A model generated the notes under the pieces. It was given only the letters and a program-made list of their open reading frames with translations. It had not been told where the DNA came from and made no database searches. A DNA stretch of 64,000 nt from assembly GCA_903835005.1 (NCBI GenBank), contig CAILLK010000117.1:8422-72421 (forward strand), given 5' to 3'. Both the position numbers and the translations under genes were made by a program. Every line of letters begins with the position of its first letter. Position 1 is the first letter of the stretch. This document shows, piece after piece, positions 57,407 to 64,000 of this stretch. The stretch is from an uncultured Bacteroidota bacterium. GTDB lineage: Bacteria; Bacteroidota; Bacteroidia; Chitinophagales; Chitinophagaceae.

Positions 57407-58447
57407 ATGAGCAAAAAACCGATAACTAAAAAGCTGCTAAGTGATGTAAGGCAACTCATTGAAGATGCCCGCAACCGTGTGGCAGTAACCGTAAATGCCG
57501 AGATGACAATGCTTTACTGGCGGGTGGGTAAGCGGATAAATGATGAGGTGCTGCTGAATAAACGTGCTGAATATGGCATGGAAGTATTGAGTACTTTATC
57601 TTTAGAGCTTACATCGTATTATGGTAAAGGATGGAGTGAAGCTCAACTCAGGAAATGTAGCCGGTTTGCATTAGTATTTTCTGATGAGCGAATTTTGGAC
57701 ACACTGTGTACAGAATTGAGTTATTCTCATATAAGGCAATTGATTTTTATGGAAGACCCTCTGAAAAGGGAGTTTTATATTGAGTTATGCAAGCTCGAAC
57801 ATTGGAGCGTAAGACAACTGCATGAACGCATTGATTCCATGCTTTTTGAACGGACAGCCATCTCAAAGAGGCCCGAAAAAACGATCATACACGATCTTAA
57901 AAAGCTGAGGGATGAAAAACAACTATCGCCCGATCTTGTTTTTCGCGACCCTTACCTGCTTCCTTTCCTTGGCCTTGCTGATACCTATCCGGAAAAGGAC
58001 CTCGAATCAGCCATAATCGCCGAAATGCAGCGGTTTGTTTTAGAAATGGGTACTGATTTTGCATTCCTTGCCCGGCAGAAACGCATTACAATTGATAACC
58101 GCGATTACCGGATTGATCTGCTCTTTTATCACCGCAGGCTCAAATGTTTGGTTGCGATTGATCTTAAATTAGGCGAATTTGAAGCCGCCCATAAAGGCAC
58201 TATGGAATTATACCTGCGTTACCTCGAAAAGTATGAACAGGTTGAAGGAGAAAACACACCCATAGGCCTGATATTATGCACTGGCAAAAATGATGAACAT
58301 GTAGAACTGCTGCAACTGGATAAAAGCAATATCCGGGTGGCCGAATACCTTACTTTATTGCCCACCCGCGAATACCTGCAGGAGAAGCTGCATAAAGCCG
58401 TAGAAATAGCTAAGAATAAAATGCTTGCTTTTGGTGATAAGGATTGA
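57407..58447 (+). CDS. PDDEXK nuclease domain protein, DUF1016/YhcG family
   Basis: N-terminal MLYWRVGKRINDEVL and C-terminal RIDLLFYHRRLKCLVAIDLKLGEF (D...D-x-K core). Confidence 0.75.
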   Translation: MSKKPITKKLLSDVRQLIEDARNRVAVTVNAEMTMLYWRVGKRINDEVLLNKRAEYGMEVLSTLSLELTSYYGKGWSEAQLRKCSRFALVFSDERILDTLCTELSYSHIRQLIFMEDPLKREFYIELCKLEHWSVRQLHERIDSMLFERTAISKRPEKTIIHDLKKLRDEKQLSPDLVFRDPYLLPFLGLADTYPEKDLESAIIAEMQRFVLEMGTDFAFLARQKRITIDNRDYRIDLLFYHRRLKCLVAIDLKLGEFEAAHKGTMELYLRYLEKYEQVEGENTPIGLILCTGKNDEHVELLQLDKSNIRVAEYLTLLPTREYLQEKLHKAVEIAKNKMLAFGDKD

Positions 58448-59038
58448 TGGTGCATTTTCAAAACTATTTTAGGAATGGATGCTTTAAAATTTGCCTTTGC
58501 TCTTTTGATAGATGAAAATAGATAATGCAAATTTTGTACACACTAAGTATAAAATTTGAATGACAATTATATATAATAAATTAGTCCCCCCGAAAAAATA
58601 AATTACCATTCCTCAATAAAATCCATTTAACTTTGCGCCCGAATTACAGGTAGCATATTTTAAATGCACCATATCATGACTTACTGTTTCTCCATATCGC
58701 CCCTTTTGCTCATTGCCTGATGGCAGAGCTCTGCTTCTCTTTCTTTTACGGAATTTTGGAGTATCTATGGTTTTTCGCCATGATTATATCGCTCTGCCTT
58801 ATCATTTTCTTTCAGCTATGGGCCGGTGTTAAGGTTATATCCTTTGCGCAAGGATGAATTGATCTCAAAATATTTTTTTAACCCGATCAATTACTGTTAT
58901 GCACACCTATGCATAGCCAGAGGACCTGCTGCTCAACAAACTCTCCAATGATACAATATGGAATTGGAGTTGAGGTGCTTGCGGAGAAAAATTGAAATAA
59001 AGAAATCCTTTAAAAAAAAGCACTCCATACCCTAACGG

Positions 59039-60469
59039 ATGAGTGCAGCAACTATTAAAAACAACTCAATGAGCAATATAAAAATCAAAGAACTGAGTAA
59101 AATAGGGTATATCAACGATCAGGCGCGAAGCCTGGCGCTGAATATTACCGCCCGTCATTTTAAGCATCATACAAAAGAAGAGGTGATTTCGTTACTGACG
59201 GCTATTAAAAACAATCCGGAGGAATATGCCAGTGATGCCATAACCGGCAAAATAGCAGCCACATTTCTGGACAAGGAGGTGGCCTGCAATTACCAGACCT
59301 ATTCCTTATTGCAGCAAACAGGTGCACTGAAGATCTTTGGCGGAAAGGAAATAGAACCCTCTGCCAAAAAACAAATGCAGACCGCCATGTCGCTGCCTAT
59401 AGTGGTGCAGGGCGCTTTAATGCCTGATGCGCATACCGGTTTTGGCCTGCCCATTGGCGGAGTGCTTGCCTGCGATAATGCAGTAATACCCTTTGCCGTA
59501 GGTGTAGATATTGGTTGCCGAATGGCACTGACTATTGTAGATGAACGGTACAGTTTTTTCAGGAGCAACAGCCACCAGATAAAAATGGCGCTTAGAGAAC
59601 ATACCCACTTTGGTATGGAAGGCGGACTGGAACAACTACAGGAGCATGAGGTACTGGACCATTCTTCATTCAAAGCTACAGAGCTACTGAAACGGCTGCA
59701 GGGTAAGGCGGCCAGGCAACTGGGCTCATCGGGCAGCGGCAACCACTTTGCAGAGTTTGGATGCCTGGAGCTTTCTGAAGGAAACGGGCTGGGCTTGCCA
59801 CCTGCCAGGTATGTAGCCTTATTGTCGCATTCGGGCAGCAGGGGACTTGGGGCCAATGTGGCTCAGCACTATACACGAATTGCCATGGATACCTGCAAAC
59901 TGCCTGGTGAGGCTAAGCAACTGGCCTGGCTGGATATGAACAGCGAGGCAGGGCAGGAATACTGGCTGAGCATGAACCTGGCCGGTGAATATGCCAAAGC
60001 CTGCCACGACCGTATACATGCCAACCTGCTGAAAGCACTTGGTCTGCAACCTTTAGCCCTGATTGAAAACCATCACAACTTTGCCTGGAAGGAACAACTG
60101 CCTAATGGGCGAGAAGTAATTGTGCACAGAAAGGGCGCAACCCCTGCTCATGCCGGTGAATGGGGTATAATTCCCGGCAGCATGACAGAAGCTGCCTACC
60201 TGGTAACCGGTAAAGGATCGACGAGTGGCCTTAATTCAGCATCGCATGGTGCTGGAAGGGCTATGAGCCGGCAACGGGCAAAGGAGAACATGACAGTGAG
60301 CGGCATGAAGCAAATGCTGGGAAAGGCCGGTGTAACACTTATAGGAGGCAGTGTGGAAGAAAACCCGTTGGCTTATAAAGACATTGAAATGGTTATGGCC
60401 TCACAAACCGAACTGGTGGACATACAAGGCCGTTTTTTACCGGTGATTGTAAGGATGAATAAAGAGTAA
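59039..60469 (+). CDS. rtcB: RNA ligase RtcB family
   Basis: Metal and GMP-His motifs DIGCRM, GSGNHFAEFG, HSGSRGLG, ENHHNFAW and SHGAGR. An alternative start is Met11 (59069). Confidence 0.9.
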   Translation: MSAATIKNNSMSNIKIKELSKIGYINDQARSLALNITARHFKHHTKEEVISLLTAIKNNPEEYASDAITGKIAATFLDKEVACNYQTYSLLQQTGALKIFGGKEIEPSAKKQMQTAMSLPIVVQGALMPDAHTGFGLPIGGVLACDNAVIPFAVGVDIGCRMALTIVDERYSFFRSNSHQIKMALREHTHFGMEGGLEQLQEHEVLDHSSFKATELLKRLQGKAARQLGSSGSGNHFAEFGCLELSEGNGLGLPPARYVALLSHSGSRGLGANVAQHYTRIAMDTCKLPGEAKQLAWLDMNSEAGQEYWLSMNLAGEYAKACHDRIHANLLKALGLQPLALIENHHNFAWKEQLPNGREVIVHRKGATPAHAGEWGIIPGSMTEAAYLVTGKGSTSGLNSASHGAGRAMSRQRAKENMTVSGMKQMLGKAGVTLIGGSVEENPLAYKDIEMVMASQTELVDIQGRFLPVIVRMNKE

Positions 60470-60474
60470 AGTTA

Positions 60475-60513
60475 ACAGCCCGTGTTTCTTAGTAAATCAC
60501 GGGCTGTTTTTTT
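60475..60513 (+). terminator. Rho-independent terminator of rtcB
   Basis: ACAGCCCGTG (60475-60484) and CACGGGCTGT (60498-60507), followed by a T7 run. Confidence 0.85.
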
Positions 60514-60577
60514 ATTAAAACATGGAACGGAATCACAAGATGAAGAGTAGTTAATCATTCCGTATTCAAGTTGATAT

Positions 60578-61750
60578 TTATCCAATAAACATTTCTCCCG
60601 CAACTCTATCTGCAAACAAGCGGCCCGCATTGGTCAATATCAATTTCCGCCCATCCTGCACAACCCATCTTTTTTCCTGGAACAAATGACTGCTCTTTTC
60701 TACATCAACCGCATATTCCTCTCCCCATTCTTTCGCAATCTTATCCAGGTCGCAACCCCAAATGGTGCGCAGTGATGTCATAATGTATTCGTTCAGGTGC
60801 TGGATTGGCGTAAGTGTTTCCACTTCAAACTGTGGCTTGCCGTCCTGCAGGATGCTTTTGGCATATAGCGGGTTATTGGCAATATTCCATTGCCGGCTAT
60901 TGCCATCAAATGAGTGTGCCGCCGGGCCTATGCCCAGATAGCTGTAACCCATCCAGTAGTTGGTATTGTGTATGGCATGATGCCCGGGCTTAGCGAGGTT
61001 CGATATCTCGTAGTGTTCATAGCCCAGCAATGCCGCTTGCTCCATTAGTATTTCAAACTGTCCCGCTGCCTGTTCCGGGTCTACCGGCTGAGTTTTTTTA
61101 TTAAGTATGGCATGGTGCAGTGCCGTTTTTTCTTCTACAGTGAGCGCATATGCCGAAAAATGGGGAATGCCCAGTTCGTTAACTTTCATAAGGTTATATT
61201 TCCACGCCTTATCGGTTAATCCGGGTGTACCGTAGATCAGGTCAATGGTAAGGTTGCTGAAACCCGCATCCTGTGCTGTCTTTATAGCATGGTCGGCCTG
61301 CCGGGCATTGTGCGCCCGTTTCATATACAGCAGGTCTTCATCCCTGAATGATTGCACACCTATACTGAATCTGCTGACCGGGGTATTGCGCAGCGAATGC
61401 ACATACTGTTTGTTAAGGTCATCCGGGTTTGCTTCAAGAGTTACTTCCTTTAATTTACCAACAGGGTAGTTTTTGAGGATGGTATCAAAAATCCGGTTTA
61501 TTTCATCGGCCGATAAAAGTGATGGTGTGCCACCGCCAAAATAAACAGTTTCAATCTCTGCATCTTCCAGGTAGTTTTTTCGCATAATCAATTCACGCAT
61601 AATAGCCTGCAGTACTTCATCTTTCTGTTTTAATGAAGTGGAAAAATGGAAATTGCAATACACACAAGCCTGCCTGCAAAAGGGGATATGCAGATATATT
61701 CCTGCTGTCTTTTTTATCGGTTGCTGATCGGGGAAAATTATATTTTGCAC
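60578..61750 (-). CDS. hemW: Radical SAM heme chaperone HemW (coproporphyrinogen III oxidase-like)
   Basis: YLHIPFCRQACVYCNFH (CxxxCxxC), then GGGTPS, and the HemN_C-like C-terminus. Confidence 0.85.
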   Translation of the reverse strand: MQNIIFPDQQPIKKTAGIYLHIPFCRQACVYCNFHFSTSLKQKDEVLQAIMRELIMRKNYLEDAEIETVYFGGGTPSLLSADEINRIFDTILKNYPVGKLKEVTLEANPDDLNKQYVHSLRNTPVSRFSIGVQSFRDEDLLYMKRAHNARQADHAIKTAQDAGFSNLTIDLIYGTPGLTDKAWKYNLMKVNELGIPHFSAYALTVEEKTALHHAILNKKTQPVDPEQAAGQFEILMEQAALLGYEHYEISNLAKPGHHAIHNTNYWMGYSYLGIGPAAHSFDGNSRQWNIANNPLYAKSILQDGKPQFEVETLTPIQHLNEYIMTSLRTIWGCDLDKIAKEWGEEYAVDVEKSSHLFQEKRWVVQDGRKLILTNAGRLFADRVAGEMFIG

Positions 61751-61902
61751 TGCACCAAAGGTACGGAAATAGCAATAGTGGCTTATTTTATTTATTTATA
61801 GCATATGTTAATTTTATTAAGCAATACTACCTACTTATCGGGAAATTAGTATTTTTACAGCCCAACTGAATTTTTTTATAACAAAAAAGTGAATTGCTGC
61901 GT

Positions 61903-62421
61903 ATGAGGATGCTAAAAAAATTACTGAGAAGGAAAGTACTGCTTATTGGCCTGCTGGCTCTTATGTTCTCTGCAAACGCCCAGAACAAAGCCTATGTAGC
62001 CAATCATTTATTCATGGCTACTATTCTCTCTCAGACCTATGGGATTCCGGCTTCGGTAATCCTGGCGGTAGCATCTATTGAGTCATCCGGAGGAAACGGG
62101 CCTGCGGCAAGAGTGCTCAATAATCATTTCGGGATAGAGGGCAGCAACGAAATTGTTAACAAAAACGGTCACAAGAGCAGGTATAAACAATATGCCAATG
62201 ATCTGGCATCCTATATTGATTTCTGCAAGCTGATGACCCGTAAGCGTTTCTACCACAAACTAAAAAATAACCCAGATCCGCTTGCATGGGTAAAAGCCAT
62301 GAGCAATGCCCACTACAGCGAATCCCCGGAAGAATGGAAGCAGAAAGTAATGAGCGTTATTTTTTCCATTAAATCGCAGGTAAGTAAAGATTTCATATCA
62401 CAGCGGCTGGCTGTTAAGTAA
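61903..62421 (+). CDS. Glucosaminidase (mannosyl-glycoprotein endo-beta-N-acetylglucosaminidase) domain protein
   Basis: Signal peptide. YGIPASVILAVASIESSGGN is typical of the FlgJ/Glucosaminidase domain. The ORF-track start is TTG 61894; ATGs lie at 61903 and 61909. Confidence 0.7.
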   Translation: MRMLKKLLRRKVLLIGLLALMFSANAQNKAYVANHLFMATILSQTYGIPASVILAVASIESSGGNGPAARVLNNHFGIEGSNEIVNKNGHKSRYKQYANDLASYIDFCKLMTRKRFYHKLKNNPDPLAWVKAMSNAHYSESPEEWKQKVMSVIFSIKSQVSKDFISQRLAVK

Positions 62422-62442
62422 TATCTTACTGTTACAATTCTG

Positions 62443-63339
62443 ATGGATCAACTCCTGTCCAAACTTCAGTACAAAAATTATGAACCCGGTGAGTTCACTG
62501 CCTTAGAGGAGCGGTCGCTTGCTGATGTTATTCAACTGATCAAATCCTTTCCCTGGGAGGAACAGCGGCATTTTACCCCTGTAGGACCAACCTGTCCATC
62601 GGTAACTATTGAAGACACAGCAGGTAATTATCTGAAGTTTGGCCATCATTATTACGAAAAGTATTGCCTCTACCTGCTTACTTCGGAAGGGAAATTGCTG
62701 AAGAAAGTTGTACCAACTCTGGAGGACGGTATTCAGATTGTTACTGCATTCTATAACGATGAAAACTTTATTGATGGTTTTGAGCATGAATTTACCTTGC
62801 ATCCTCAAAGGCATTTTGCAGATAAAGATTTTAAATCAGTAATTGCTTACACAGGCCTTCTTTTTTCCATCAGTTTATTTTCTTTAGCGCCATTAATGCT
62901 TTTGGGTATGGGGCTGTTGTTATTAATTGCAGGCAACCCCGCCAATACCAATAAAGATGTGCCAATGGTGTTTGTGGAAATTCTGTGCCTTACCACCGAT
63001 GCAGTACTTTTCTTTTTTACGGTTATGGCCTGGCGGCTTTTCCTGAATCATTACAAATTTGCCAGAAACCAGTTTATAATAATCTCAAAAGGGCAGAATG
63101 AATTTGTTTTCGGAACGGAAGAACATTCTGAAACGTACCTGAAGGATAAAATTGTGTTGTTTAAAGAATACAGAAATACCCAGAGCCGCAATCCCTGGTC
63201 CGGGCTATATTTTACAGAGATAACTTTTGGAGATGGCAAGCACATCAAAATATCCAGCCTGCTGATGAAGAATGGCTATGCTAAATTCCCGGATGTGAAG
63301 TGTGAGATGGAGTCAGTATTTTATCCGAATATGAAATAA
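62443..63339 (+). CDS. Hypothetical membrane protein
   Basis: Soluble N-terminal ~130 aa, two to four central TM segments (LLFSISLFSLAPLMLLGMGLLLLIA, VLFFFTVMAWRLFL), soluble C-terminus. No family recognised. Confidence 0.4.
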   Translation: MDQLLSKLQYKNYEPGEFTALEERSLADVIQLIKSFPWEEQRHFTPVGPTCPSVTIEDTAGNYLKFGHHYYEKYCLYLLTSEGKLLKKVVPTLEDGIQIVTAFYNDENFIDGFEHEFTLHPQRHFADKDFKSVIAYTGLLFSISLFSLAPLMLLGMGLLLLIAGNPANTNKDVPMVFVEILCLTTDAVLFFFTVMAWRLFLNHYKFARNQFIIISKGQNEFVFGTEEHSETYLKDKIVLFKEYRNTQSRNPWSGLYFTEITFGDGKHIKISSLLMKNGYAKFPDVKCEMESVFYPNMK

Positions 63340-63428
63340 TTTTGAACCAATTTTATTATTTTAAAAGCCGAAATAAGCATAGCCAACAGTTTCAATTGTG
63401 GATATGAAAATTAAGGATTTATTCAATT

Positions 63429-63516
63429 GTTTCAACCCTTTTTCCATCGAATAATAAACCGTTGAAACGATTATAAATCAGCTATTTATTGTTTCCACCA
63501 CGGTTGAAACCGTGGT
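63429..63516. repeat. Cluster of GTTTCAAC/GTTGAAAC inverted repeats, including the hairpin ACCACGG-TTGAAA-CCGTGGT
   Basis: GTTTCAAC at 63429-63436 pairs with GTTGAAAC at 63461-63468. There is a perfect 7-bp stem at 63497-63516. The cluster lies between convergent genes. Confidence 0.5.
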
Positions 63517-63559
63517 CTATGTCAGATGCCAATTTACGAATGACAATGTTGCATCGTTC

Positions 63560-64000
63560 TCACTTCTTCCTCTTCGCCCGCTCATACTGCACCGGCCAAG
63601 CAATTTCGTCATATCCCAATTCCCGGGCAGCCCGTAGCGGGAAATAAGGATCACGCAATAATTCGCGTGCCATAAATATTAGGTCGGCCTGGCCATTGGT
63701 GAGTATTTCTTCAGCCTGTTCAGCAGATACAATTATGCCCACTGCTCCGGTAAGTATACCGGCCTTGCGTACCGCTTCGGCAAACGGCACCTGGTAATTG
63801 GGTTTTGCGTTGATTTTAGCATAAGATACCACACCTCCAGAGGAACAATCTATCAAATCAACTCCTTTATTTTTTACCATTCCGGCAAGCCTAACTGAAT
63901 CTTCTAAACTCCAGCCACCATCTACCCAATCACTTGCTGAGATACGCAGGAACAAGGGATATTCTACAGGCCATTCGCTGCGAATGGCTTCTATAATTTC
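63560..64000 (-). CDS. NADH:flavin oxidoreductase, Old Yellow Enzyme family (C-terminal part; N-terminus outside window)
   Basis: RISASDWVDGGWSLEDSVRLAGMVKNKGVDLIDCSSGG. The frame stays open to base 64000 (EIIEAIRSEWPVEYPLFLRISASDW). Confidence 0.85.
   Translation of the reverse strand, partial: EIIEAIRSEWPVEYPLFLRISASDWVDGGWSLEDSVRLAGMVKNKGVDLIDCSSGGVVSYAKINAKPNYQVPFAEAVRKAGILTGAVGIIVSAEQAEEILTNGQADLIFMARELLRDPYFPLRAARELGYDEIAWPVQYERAKRKK

Noticed and set aside
59299-59856. 185-aa minus-strand ORF inside rtcB
   Set aside because: It is antisense to a gene with all RtcB signature motifs.

Overview
This looks like a Bacteroidota chromosomal segment. The taxon is inferred from T9SS type A and type B sorting domains, a PorP/SprF gene and a TTTG/TAnnTTTG-style promoter. 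I saw no rRNA, tRNA or CRISPR array. All composition and identity statements are by eye; nothing was computed. (1) 1-16030 is a cell-surface locus: a multi-Ig-repeat T9SS type A cargo protein, then a minus-strand operon of two tandem 1679-aa PKD/SprB-repeat type B cargo paralogs, one PorP/SprF gene and one OmpA/PD40 gene. (2) 16284-26839 is a polyamine-type cluster: pyruvoyl AdoMet decarboxylase, a DUF4178-like zinc-ribbon membrane protein, a small TM protein, a membrane-anchored aminopropyltransferase, a Tat-signal FAD oxidase and a polytopic membrane protein. It is split by a visibly AT-rich 4.3 kb insertion carrying an XRE-type HTH gene and a 1263-aa single-chain nuclease-methylase-specificity enzyme with a type IIB-like layout. 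(3) 27016-33546 holds three secreted carbohydrate-binding-type proteins: a beta-trefoil, a ricin-B plus bulb-lectin chimera, and a T9SS cargo. They share an upstream motif and sit next to a lipoprotein / 6-7 TM protein / HisKA_3 kinase / LuxR response regulator set. (4) 33670-64000 is mostly housekeeping (tsaC, GT9 heptosyltransferase, purB, katG, priA, rtcB, hemW, S41 peptidase, a multicopper oxidase with a T9SS tail, an OYE reductase). Interspersed are a Crp/Fnr regulator preceded by two perfect TTGAT-N4-ATCAA boxes, a REP-flanked RAYT transposase-like gene, a two-gene module whose larger protein has PARP/ART-like H-Y motifs, tandem YtxH genes, and several hairpin terminators. The candidates I rate highest for a second look are the restriction-modification island inside the polyamine cluster, the cluster itself, the lectin regulon and the ART-like pair.
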